64,000 nt of DNA, from the NCBI GenBank assembly GCA_023213395.1, contig CM041465.1:57233741-57297740 (forward strand), read 5' to 3'. The notes under the pieces are model-generated. The model was given only the letters and a program-made list of their open reading frames with translations. It did not search any database and was not told the DNA's origin. Every line of letters starts with the position of its first letter. The stretch's first letter is position 1. This document shows positions 38,295-50,561 of this stretch, one piece after another. This stretch comes from Cycas panzhihuaensis (lineage: Eukaryota > Plantae > Cycadophyta). The translations under genes and the position numbers were made by a program.

Positions 38295-41200
38295 AAGTAG
38301 CAGGGCATGAGGTATATTTTTTTAGAAATGGCTTTAGTGGATATAATTAGGTCAGAATTGCCACACAGGACCAACTAAAAATGACCTTTGTTATAGAATG
38401 GGGAATGTATGCATACAAAGTGATGCCCTTTGGATTGACAAATACACAACCACTTTTCAAAGGACAATTTTGAATATTTTTTGACAAACAATTGGTAAGC
38501 CAATCAAGGTATTTTCGGATGATTGGACTGTATATACACTGTCAAATTTAAGGCTAATGCTTGAGACTGAAGAAGTAAATTATGTTTGAATCCAGCTAAA
38601 TGCACATTTTTGGTTCCATTCAGATCTTCACTTGGACATGTCATGACCAAAGAAGGACTGCAAACAGACCTAAACAAGGTAGCAATAATTTTGAATTTTC
38701 CTATATTGAAGTTAGTAAAGCAAGTAAAAGGCTTTTTGGGTATGATGGGATATTATAGAAAATTTATTAAGGAATATGATAGCAAATCCATTGGAAACCT
38801 TGCTTAAGAAAAAAACAACATGGAAATGGGAGTTGCGGCAGCAACTGGCTTTTGATCTACTAAAAAGAAAGATTGCAGAAGCTCTAATTCTGAGATTCCC
38901 AAATTGGGATCGACCTTTTCACGTGCATGTGGATGCTTCACTAATGGAAATTGGATGCATGTTGGCTCAACCTGGCGATGATAGCGTAGATCTTCCTATT
39001 TATTTTGCCAATCAAAAACTGACATCAGCAGAACAGAATTATTGAGTGACAGAACGTGAAGGTTTAGGCATGTTGTATGCCTTACAAAAATTCAGGCATT
39101 ACTCGTTAGTTAACCCCTTCACCTTCTTTGTAGATCATCAAGCTTTGAAATACTTAATAAATAAACCAATCTTGCAGGGAAGGATTAGTAGATGGTTGAT
39201 GCTATTCCAAGAATTTAACTTTAAGACCATTGTAAAAAAGGGAGAAAAGCATACAGTGCCTGATGTGCTGTCAAGAGAAGTTGAGGGAGAACTAGCCACA
39301 AGAATAGATGATGATTTTCCTGATACTAAATTATTTTCTGTGGAAGTAGTGCCAAAATGGTATGAAGGCATTGTAGAATATTTAGCTATGAGTCAGACAA
39401 CAAAAGGTTTGGAGTGAGTGGAATGACAAAGTTTTATTCGAAAAACATTCGCTTTCTAATTAATTCGCGACATGTTGTACAAATGAGGTCCAGAAGGGGT
39501 ACTACGAAGATGTGTTCTGGAACACAAAGTACAGGCAATTTTGCATGAAGCCCACAAGGGAGTGGCATCCAAGCATCAAGGCATTGAAGCTACAGTATGA
39601 AAGATTTTATTGGCAGGCCTGTGGTGGCCAACAGTATTCGAAGATACTGATAGATGGGTTTGAAGTTGCGATGTCTGCCAACCTGTGGGCAAGCCTGGAA
39701 AAACCCATTTCGTGCCTCTACATCTAATTCTAGCACAAGCACCATTTGAGAAGTGGGGATTGGACTTATTGGACCAATTAGCCCTCCACTGAAGCGAACA
39801 AATGCAAGGTATATAATAGTGGCTACTGATTTTTTCACACAATGGACAAAAGTTTGACCTCTCAAGAATTGTGATGCTAGAAGCACTGCAAAATTTTTAT
39901 ATGAAAATGTTATAGTTTGTTTTGGTTGTCCTTTAGAATTAGTATCGAATCAAGGAACTAGTTTTTTAAACAATACTATAAAACATTTGACTAGCGAGTT
40001 TATGATCCAACACTATCAATCTTCTTTGTATTATCCTAGAGATAATCGTCAGGTTGAAAATACTAACAAAATTTTGAAGTTTAGCCTTAGCGAAGATTTG
40101 TAGTGAGGGAAGAATAGATTGGGCAAAATGATTGCATTCTGCCCTTTGGGCGGATAGAACAACAACCAAACTGCCACATAAGTAGACACCATTCCTATTG
40201 GTATATGGCTTAGATGTCATATTTTTGTTGGAATTTCAGGCGGAAAGTTTTTAGGTGGCAGTTCGAATGTGCATGGACGAACAAAACTCTTGGAATGAGA
40301 GGATCATGGAACTATTAAAGTTGGATGAAAAAAGAGCCTGAGCATTATGGGAATTGAAAATGAAAGAAAAGGCGAAGAAAGATGTGGCATGATCGACATC
40401 TGCGAGTACGAGAGTTCCATGAAAATGATCTTGTTTTAATGTACAATAGTAAGTTTTGAATGAAACCAAGTAAGATGAAATTACGTTGGTTAGGACCGTA
40501 TAAAGTATTACACATTGGAAGAAATGGGGTAGTTCAACTTGGACAGCTCGACGGGAAAATCCTTCCCAAGGTAATCAATGGGAGTAGATTAAAGCCTTAT
40601 ACAGCAAGATTAAAAAAAAAAAAAATTGATGCAAAACACAAGGTAGTAAATGTTGATGTCATCAAAAGGAGGACCCACAAAGTGCAATTAAGGAAAGAAT
40701 AAGATTGCGATTGGTGCCAAATCTAGGAGTGATGGTTGCAAGTAAAGAAGATGTGACCATTATGATGGGAGAAATTGATCGCAATCCAAGTAGTTAGCGT
40801 TTCCATGATTGCGATAAGACAAGGATGGGGTGAGCACATTAATATGGTAGTTATGAACAACTCTTTTAAATAATTAAGCTTGGAGACAATTGAATTGCAC
40901 AAATAAAGCAGGCTTGGTAACAAGTCTTGAGTGGGTAGTGCAGAAAGAAGGAGCACAACCATGGCGACAACTGAATTGCAACGGGTGACAGTAACTTTCA
41001 GAGAATCTAACGATGACCAAATATGGAAGCAGTGGCAGGAAATGAAGGCTGAAGAAGAATGCAAAAGATATTGGTTGGCATCCTTCCAAACGTGTACAGT
41101 TTTCTTTCAACAGCAATTGCAATGGTGGTGCAGCGACTGTCTCTATTAGACTTTTCTGCTGAAGTAGTTGCAAGGATAACGGGGTTACTAAATGAAGGGC

Positions 41201-43126
41201 CGAACATTCCCAAGGATAAATAGATACCCAGGGAACAGGCAATGCACAAAATAAGAGCAAATGAATTTGATGTTTCTAGTTTAGGAATTTGAATTTCTAG
41301 GATTTCATCTAAGGAAATGCAGTGGATAGCACATTTCCTATTTACTAGAGCAATATTAGGACAAAAGAATTCATTTGTCCCTAGTCATTTGCGTACTATG
41401 TTAATAAAGGTTATGGAGGGTCATAAATTTAATTGGGCTAGGTTTGTCTCTAGTAAATTTTTGAGGAATTTAGAAGTCGTAAAAGGTGCTACTTAGTCTG
41501 TTCTATTTTTCTACCCTACTTTGTTGCAAGGGTTATTATTTTTGCAATGCCCAAGTATCCAACTTCTTGAGGTTGAGGAAGGACAACCTCTATTGGCAAA
41601 ATGGACAGAATTATTTTCAAGGTAGCGTGGATGGGGTTCTTTGCCTTTGACAAAGTTAAAAGAACATGTTAGTAATTGGCTCCACCTACAGTGGCACGCT
41701 AGCACTCCCTAGTCGTGCTCAGTGAAGAAGGAAGAACTGCGAGCAGGGGCAACCTCGCAGACCCAAACAAGGGTGTAGAATCAAAAGAATAAAGAGAAAG
41801 AGAGTAAGAAAGCAGAGATAAGAGAGGGGAAGCAAAAGGTGGAGGAAGAACCTACCACGGGTAAGGATGGAGTGGATCAGCCAGAGAAAAAGTCAAGGAT
41901 AGTTGAACCATTAAAATGCGAAGAAGAAGAGAAATAGAGGAGGAAATTAGCAACAAAAAAAAGACGGCAAGAAATTTTAGAAATCTTGAATAATAAAACA
42001 CCAAAAGTAAAATTTAATCAATTAGAGGACTATTTGGAAGAAGGCATAGACCCAATGAGCTATGACCTGCAAGACATCCTGCAATGGAAGACTTCCTTTT
42101 TGGCAAAGGTAACTAGACCACTTGTCACTAAGTTGGAACAAAGGAACATAAGACCTTTGCTAGATATGCAAAGAATTCAAAAGCTTAAAGAAAAGTTGGC
42201 AACTATAGAAGCCTGCCTGGAATTTCTGAAAAAATTTATTATGACCTGGGTAAAGAATACCAATGCCATTACTCCTAAGGTACAAGCTTTTAGAGGTTGC
42301 TTCCACTAGGAGATTCCCCTGGGCCTAGATGACATAATTTATAAGTTGAGAGCTTGGATCCTTCAAATGTAAGAGGACACAGCACATGCAAATAAATTTT
42401 GGACTAAAATGCATAATTTGTGTCGATCATAGTTGGGGTCATGATTATGAGTGGATCGTGGTTGAGGTTATAGGTATGAGCCGATTGTCGTTGGGGTCGA
42501 GAGTACAAGACAATCATAGTTGGTGTTGTGAGTACAAGCAGATCGCAATTGGGGTCGTGCCTACGAGCCGATCGTAGTTGGGGTTGCAAGTACAAGTGGA
42601 TCGTAGTTGGGTTCCTGAATACGAGCCGATCATAGTTCGGGTTGCAATTACGAGCCAATTGCAGTTGGGGTTGCGGTTGCGAGCAGATTGCACTTGGGAC
42701 CATGGTTGCAAGCTGATTGCAATTGGATGATTATACCCGATAATAGTTGCAATTAGATTGTAAAGAGAAAAGTGATTATCAAGGAAGGCTAGCCGTTGTA
42801 ATTGTTTTGTGAAGTAATTAACGGTAGTTGAAACAATTGATCTTTTTTGTATAAGTAGTAGTTGGTTCAAGGAATTAAGTATGTATGTGTGTGTGTATGG
42901 GCAAGAAAGCCTAAAAAGGGATTGTAAGGAATTTGTTCTCTTGCTGTGGTAGACTTGACATGCTAGTCCGATTCTTGTAGACTGTTGGGTCTGCGTCTGG
43001 TTGTGAAAGGACCAGACACAGTTCCCTATTATAATAATATTATGTTTTGCATCATATTGTGTATCCTTTGTGCTTACTTTATTCATTATGTTGGTAGTTT
43101 CATATGAGTAAGGTTCAAGGCACACA
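38295..43126 (+). mobile_element. G3: gypsy 3' part (partial RT, RNase H, INT, extra ORF3 about 40961-42415, LTR remnant about 42420-43126)
   Basis: VAGHEVY..GFSGYN; FHVHVDAS; EREGLGMLYALQKFRHY; WLGPYKV; LTR end gagtaaggttcaaggcacaca resembles the G5 LTR end. Confidence 0.85.
42425..42745. repeat. About 11 x 29-bp degenerate tandem array (gatcgtagttggggttgc..tacgagcc) in the G3 LTR region
   Basis: Regular 29-bp periodicity read directly. Confidence 0.85.
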
Positions 43127-46100
43127 ATCACCTAATTCAAGAAATGTGATCCCTAGTTGCTTACAATTTCTAATGGGCAGCCATATCTTGTGATAATCAC
43201 TTCATATAGAATACTATCGACATTCGCATTCCTTACTGGCCTTGTTTCTACCCACTTGGTTATATAATCTGTGGCTGCTAAGATATATCATGATTGGGAT
43301 AGTCAAGTTGCTGGTTTGATAGGTCCAACGAAATCAAGACCCCATTTTTCGAATGGTGCCAAAGATAGGATTGGATTTAGAGGTTGAAAATCTTGACAAC
43401 TTGGCTTTCCGATTCTTTAGTAGTAGCAGCATTTTTTAATCCAGTTGTTGATATCCTTGAACATGGTAGGCCACCAAAATCTTGTCATTAACACTTTTCT
43501 CCATGTTGCCTCCTTACCCATATGTTCCTTGACCACACCTTGATGGTCTTGGACTATTATTTGTTCAATCTCGTGAGGCTTTACATAATGATGTAACACA
43601 TCATCTAATCTCAAGAAATATAACTCGTCGTGAATAAGTTGATATGGTTCCACCTTCTGAACCAAGTGTCTTCTCTTTGTTTTATCCAACTCTGGTGGTA
43701 GCTCTTCTTTCTCTAGATGCTCTAGAATTCCTTTATACCATTTGATCAGAACTGATTCTACACTGTAAAACATTGCATCTAAGAAGTCATCAGGTATTCC
43801 CATGGATTTTCCTCCATTTTCAATCCTAGATAATTGATTAGGAATGACATGAGCCTTTCTAGGTTTGACCATGATCTTAAATGTAAATTCTTGAAACAAC
43901 ATTAGCCACCTACTAGTTCTTCCTCTTAACATTGGCTTATTCATGAGATACATAAGTGCTTAGTGGTCCACATAAAAGATAAACAGATTTAACAATAGAT
44001 AGTGTTGAAATTTTTGCAAAGCATACACAATCTCTAGGCCTTCTCTCTCGGTCGTTGCATAATTTTGTTATGCCTTTGTCAGTTTTCGAGTGGCAAAATA
44101 TATGGGATGATCAATATTTAATTCCCCTAGTTGTGGGAATATGCACCCAATGGCATATTGTGAAGCATCTACATGCACATGGAAGATTTTATTCTAGTTA
44201 AGAAATCAAAGAATGGGCGTCGATGCAATCACTCTTTTTATGGACTCGAATGCTTCTTGTTGCTCTTCTCTGCACTCCCATTCGATATCCTTCTCGATAG
44301 ATCCTCCAAAGGTCCTAATATACATGCATATCCCCTTATAAACATTCTATAATATCCAATTAGTTCCAAAAATCCTTTTAGTGGCTTTCATGTCACTAAT
44401 ACTAGAAAATGTAGAATAGATAACACTTTTGTTGGATCTGTCAATAAATCATTTTTGCTTACGATGTGAACCAATAAATTTGGAAATGGAATCGAGAATA
44501 TACACTTCTATGGATTCAAGAAAAGATTGTTTTCTCTACACGTTTGCAACATTTTCTTCATATTTTCCATACGATTCTTCATTATGCCATAAAGAGTCTA
44601 GTTGTCTAGGATTATAGCCACCTTGTCATATATCTTTTTGAAGATATTGATCAAAATGCACTGAAATATGGTTGGTGCATTGGTTAGCCCAAAGGGCATG
44701 ACCCTGTAGGCATATGTTCCCCATTCTATCATAAAAATGGTTTTGGCTTGATCCTTAAGAGCAATCTGCACTTGATTGTACACAATAAGCCCATCTATGA
44801 ATGAATAAGCTTCTTTACCCCCAACCATCTCCAATACATCTTTCGTAAAGGAAATTGGAAACAAGTCCTTTATGCTTACCTTATTCAACTACCAATAATA
44901 TACACATACTCTAATTTTCCATTTTTTTTTAGCACCACTACCATTGGGCTTACTTGATCACTATAGTTGATCTCATGGATATACCCTACTTCTAACATCT
45001 TATCCAACTCTGCTTTAACCTTCTCCTTATGCTTAATATTCATGTGGTAGGGCTTCTATTTCATTGGCTTGGCCACTTCGATTAGATCATATGGTGCATC
45101 CCAGTCTTTGGAGGGATGCCCTTGAGGTCCTTATAGGACCACGCAAACACATCATTGAACTCTTTAAACAATGCCTGTGCTTCCAACAATTGTTTTCTCA
45201 TATCAATGATGTTTCTATGGTGGTATTTCTTGTATTTCTAATTCCTTCTCCTTTGGTTTGTTTTATCTCATGCACATATTTCATCACGGTTTCGCCCATA
45301 GGTTAATTTTTTTCCTCTTCTTTCTTTACTACTTCTTCGAAGACTTTCCTACCTACCTCGAAGTGGTCTATTTACACTTGAGGGTTGGGGTAATTGTTTG
45401 CTACGTTCTCTTTTCTTTTTCTTTACTCCTTGTTATAGTTTCACATTCTTGCTGGATTTGAAGACTATAGTCATTAGATTCGTCACTTTAACTTTCCCCT
45501 TGGAGTCCTTCATGTGTTTATTCCCTAGTTCACAATCTTTGCATATGGAAGGACATTGCTTGTGTGCCTTAGCCCTTAGGCAGTTTGATTTCTAATGCTC
45601 AAATTCAATGCACACTAGGCACCTGCCAATAGTTGCCTTCTTCTTAGATGTTTCTGGTACATTTTTGGCAACGTATAGGTGTCTAGATGAATCAACACCT
45701 TTACTTGTGCCTCTTCCTCTACAGTTTCTCCCCCAATAATTAAAGTAGCAATCTTTTGTGTTGTGGTCGCCCACATCGCATATGTGGCACCATGTATCTT
45801 GCTTCCTCATAGCATTATTTTTAGGGTTAAGTTCACATTCTTTCATGGAATGAGAATCCTCTACCCAAATATAACACCATTTATCAATTTGCAATTCTTT
45901 CCCTTTCTTCTTCTTTCCTTTCACTTCCTCCTCTTCCTTCCTATTGGCTTTTATTTTCAATCTCGCCACTTCTTTCCTGAGGGCTTCTACTTCAAATTCT
46001 TTTTTTGCCTTCTCCACTAGGAAGTACTATCAACAATTTTACTGCCATTTTATCTCCCAAAGCTCATCTTGTAGTTTTAATAATAAGAGATCGTGCCCTC

Positions 46101-46460
46101 TCATTTGGATGTCCCATTCCTTCTCAATCTAAGGCCCGTTCTTCAGCATTTGAAAGGATTTCAATGGATGCATTTGCATTGCTAACCTCAATTTCTTGTT
46201 TAATCTTTTAACAAAATAATTCTTCATATTACGATTTATCACTTTTCATCTATCATATTAGCCGTTATTATTTTCGTGTGACTTATATAAGTCAACACTG
46301 ACTCTCTAGGTCTTTATCTAATTTCTTTTAATGCAATCTTGACAACTTCATTGCTGCAAAACTTCTGAAATCTTTCCTCAAATTCTCTGTTCACTTCCTC
46401 CTAAGATTTTGTTTTCCTCAACTCCTTGTACCATGTTAGTGGTGCTCCCCATAGTGTGTT
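43127..46460 (-). mobile_element. G4: degenerate gypsy gag, RT, RNase H, INT; protease apparently deleted; integrase cut at 43126 by G3
   Basis: WCHICDVGDHNTKDC; GTYAYRVMPFGLTNAP; SRWLMLFQEF; WWPTMFKD. Confidence 0.8.
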
Positions 46461-48639
46461 CGTGTTCTAGAGGCATATTGAACCCAATTAATTCATATTG
46501 TATTTGAATTTTGGTATCTTGATAAAGCCTACAAGTCTTCACTATCGAAAATTTAAAACTTTTGCTTCTAATTTTTTGAAAGTGACAATTTTCATTGAAA
46601 TGTTTGAATTTCCCAAAAAAGTGCTACTATAGCATTTGAAATGATCCAAAGTGATCAATTCCTTAAAGCAAACAGAATAGTGCTTAAAAGTTGCAATGAT
46701 CCGAAGACCACCTCAAAGGTTTTGAGTCCAAAGACACAAATATTATTCAATTGATTAATTGAAGTATAAATTGTTTGATACGTACATGCTAAACAACATG
46801 AAGGGGTGTATCTTATCAAGTAAGAGGCATACCTATTCATTAACACTAATTAATTGCAATTATGCTCTTATCATCACTTAATTCATTGTCCATTATTTAG
46901 GATGGTTTTAGGTTGTTTAGGTCTATTACAACAACAATAAAGCTCTTATTCACACATTGTTACAACATCATCTTTTGATGACATATTATGTAAAATCGAA
47001 ATGTGGCAATAGAAACGGAAATGAAAATGCTAATTTTTAAAAATCTAGGAAGTGTGGAAGCATCAAAATTAGGGTTCATATATATACACAGACACACACA
47101 AAATAATAATAATAGCAATAATGCATATTAAAATTTAAAAAACACATAGAAATAACCCAGAAATGGCCATAAACAGCTTAAAAACCTCCAAGAAAGGTTG
47201 GAAACAACTTAGAAACAACTAGAAATTGCCCATAAATGGCCAAGAAATATTTTCAGTTTTGGAAAACACCCTCAAAGCATTTTTAGGCCATTTCCATGTT
47301 TTCACATTTCAAAATTGGGAAACGCCAAAGGAAACTAGCATTTCTAGTAACATAGTATAAAATACCTACTATAAACCCTAATCCATTTGACTATTGGATA
47401 ATGCAGAAACATGTGGAAATCCCTTAATTGCATTCATTACAAAAATTAGTAGTATTCTTGTAATGAGGATATGGCATACAATTGGGCACACTTCATATAG
47501 GTGATTAGAGCTACCTTTTGCCTTGTACTTATCAAAGAGATATTGCCAATTAGTGGGAGAATGTAGCATAGAAACTAGAGGTGGATGTGAAGCATTGAGG
47601 AAAGGACCATGGCTCTCACATTAGAGTTGCAAGTTCTTGGTGACATGATGATCTATTAGTTTGTAATGGGGCTTGAGGATGTGGTGAAGCACATGGTGCA
47701 ACCATAATAATATGATTCCATGGTGCAACGAATGGCTTGAACATAAAATTTTGCAAATATGAAAGTGGCCCTTAAGCAAGCAACTCGCAAATTCTCTGTA
47801 TGAGGTAGCTACTACTCAAAGGGATACTACAAGACATCTTCATCCAACTACTCAAGGGAAAAAGACTAGGTTCAACATCTACAATTACTTCTTTGAATAT
47901 CGTCTATAGGTGAGATTTTGATTATCTTTAAATGGAGAGGAAAAGGTACATAAGAGAAAGTAGGTTTTCTCAATGCCAAAATGTAGTATACTATGAGCAA
48001 GATTTAAGTTACAACAACCAAGATAGACTTAAAAGAATCAGTGGTAGGTATTGCAACAAAGTCGAGCATTGCCACTTTAGACAAATGAGCAACAGTTGGC
48101 TTCTCCACCGCCCTACAACTCACCCTAGATGCACTAGTTATAGAATTCTCAAGACGAGAGAAAGTGCATTGCCATGCATGTGACTATTTGTGACATTAGT
48201 TTGAAACAAGTTTTTGAGGAAGATCTCATCCTAGAGGACCTTGCAATTAGGTCACAGCTTTCATAAGTGGAACAGGAGCCTTTGTCATTTACATCTGCCT
48301 TCAGGGATAAGGACCTGTATGCAAAGGTTCCTACCTTCTAGTAGAATATTCACAACTTTGTAGTGATTTATGGTGTCTATGTTGCAATGTTTCAAGGATT
48401 AGATATGGCACTTGGTTAGATTGCATGGCAGTTTATAATTTCTAGGTACAAAATTTGAAAGGAATCCCCACGTGTTTCCATATTTAGGCCAATAGAGAGG
48501 TGAAATAAGGAGGTACTTGTGCTGTCCTGTTTTGCAAGCCATCTAAGCTTTTCGACTGAAGCAACTAGAGGATCACAAAAACTAGTTGAAGCTTTGGAAC
48601 GCAAACACCATGCAGGATTCCTTACCAATTAAGACAACC

Positions 48640-49100
48640 ATGGAGCTAAAGCTCGAGAAATAGTTGGGGGAGCTTTTGACGAGAGTATTGGTGTGACGTA
48701 AGTCATCATCATATGGGTCTTCTATGTTCCTTGTGCTCAAGAATGATGGCATGTTCATGATATGTATTCAATATGGGGATATCAATGAAATACTCTCAAG
48801 GGTAAGTTCCCAATAATGAGTATCACAAGTGGAATTCATTTTTTAGTAAGTTGGCAAGTACCATAGTCTTTTCTGAAACAGACCTCAAATCTGGATACTA
48901 CCGTATCAGAGTCAATGATGACAATGTGCACAAGATGACTCTAGAATGGAGAGAGATTGACATTGGTTTTTGGTTACGCCCTTTGGGTTGACCAATGCCC
49001 CATCATCCTCTTGATGCATGATGCCTCAGATCTTCAAACCTATCCTTGGTAGCCTTTTTGTTTATATTCTTGGATAATATCCTAGCCTTTAGTAGGATAT
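48640..49100 (+). pseudogene. Old gypsy reverse-transcriptase remnant
   Basis: KFPI..DLKSGYYRIRV..FLVTPFGLTNAP. Confidence 0.65.
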
Positions 49101-49755
49101 GAGGGGTGCGAGTCTCATTTTTGGCAGATAGATTACAGCATTGCCACCATGCTTTTATCTGCTTGCTGGTTTCAATGGTGTATGTTAACACTGTTAAGTC
49201 ATCCTTCTTTTAACACCTAGAGGAACATGCAAACTTCTATGCTTGTTACTATAGTTTTCTTTACCATTGGCCCTAAATTGTAGACAAACCATATTCAAAG
49301 AGGCTTTGTAAATGACAAATTCAACCGAAGTGTCATGACAGCAAGATGGAAACGTGCCATAGTCTCACTCATATTATTAAATAATTATAAATATGTTTGA
49401 ATTGTTGGAAAATGTTGGAAATGTATAATTAATCCAATAACATTACAAATATTTCAAATAATTGTTTAGGATTTCATCTCGCCGGACATTTTGTAACACG
49501 TCTGGGGTCTTACATGCAGTCATAATCATGTAATCTAATTCTTAATTGTGTTGCACTCTTCTTTAACCGCTGCATTTACCTTATGTTGTTTTGACCTTAC
49601 AACATTGGCCAAAAAATAAACTACTGTCAACTTTGTATTATCCAGTTTGCTGAGGCAATTTATTTTGTAAGGGCCCTATTGCTTTATTGTTCTTAGATAT
49701 TGATGATTTGAACAGCTTGTGTCGGAATTTATATGTTCAATGCTTTCTATTACAG

Positions 49756-49910
49756 GTTGGAGGGTTGGGTGGGCAATTGCACCGGTTGAAATTGCATCTG
49801 CAATCCGAAATGTTCATGTAAAAGTCACAGATTCAGCTCCAGCACCCTTTCAGGAGGCTGCTTTGATTGCCCTCCAAAGTCCTCCAGAATACTTTGAATC
49901 TTTGAGAATG
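49756..49910 (+). CDS. Internal exon of a PLP-dependent class I/II aminotransferase (kynurenine/methionine aminotransferase-like)
   Basis: tacag|GT TGG AGG..; (G)WRVGWAIAPVEIASAIRNVHVKVTDSAPAPFQEAALIAL..LRM|gttaga. Confidence 0.88.
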
Positions 49911-50020
49911 GTTAGAATTTCTGATTTGCCTCATGTTGACCATACTTCCAAATTTAGTGTCTGCTATGGAACTGAAATTCATCATTTTCCTTTTCCCTGT
50001 ATATGTTACTGCCTTAGTAG

Positions 50021-50146
50021 GAATACAAGGAGCGGAGGGACTTTATTCTTGAGTTGCTGAATCGGATTGGCTTCAAAGTTTGCTTCAAGCCTCAGGGTGC
50101 TTTCTTTGTTTTTGCAGAACTCCCGGCTACATGTGCAATGAGTGAC
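50021..50146 (+). CDS. Next exon of the aminotransferase
   Basis: tagtag|EYKERRDFILELLNRIGFKVCFKPQGAFFVFAELPATCAMSD|gtatta; phase 0 at both ends; PQGAFF motif. Confidence 0.88.
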
Positions 50147-50309
50147 GTATTAACTCTGTTCAATATACCTTTGCTTTGGTTTAAGCTTTAGTCTTACTCA
50201 AAATTTATCCAGGAAAAAAAATATCTATAAATGTTCAATGTGGATTTCTCCTTCTGACTGTATTTGCTTTGGTAGTCTATACATTACACAGTTGCTTTCC
50301 ATTTTACAG

Positions 50310-50561
50310 GTAGAATATGTAGCTGAGATGATCAAGGTGGCAGGAGTAGCAGCGGTGCCTGGATGTGGGTTCTTTCATGCTGCAAAGAAGTCTCACTCAG
50401 CCACAGGTGATGTGGTTCCCACGACTAGACTAGAATCAGTGGGAATGTCTAATTGCTCTAATCAAATCAAAGACTATTGGAACCGATATGTCAGGTTTGC
50501 CTATTGTAAAAGCAAGGCCACCCTTGTGGCTGCTGCAGATAAACTCTACCAACATAAATGA
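50310..50561 (+). CDS. Terminal coding exon of the aminotransferase
   Basis: tttacag|VEYVAEMIKVAGVAAVPGCGFF...RYVRFAYCK...QHK*; conserved VPG..F and RF motifs. Confidence 0.88.
   Translation, partial: VEYVAEMIKVAGVAAVPGCGFFHAAKKSHSATGDVVPTTRLESVGMSNCSNQIKDYWNRYVRFAYCKSKATLVAAADKLYQHK

Noticed and set aside
46986-47356. Possible MITE with degenerate terminal inverted repeats
   Set aside because: The inverted match is weak and no TSD was identified
49719-50060. ORF-track proteins 49719-50060 and 50238-50561 as stand-alone genes
   Set aside because: They read through intron sequence; spliced exons explain the conserved parts
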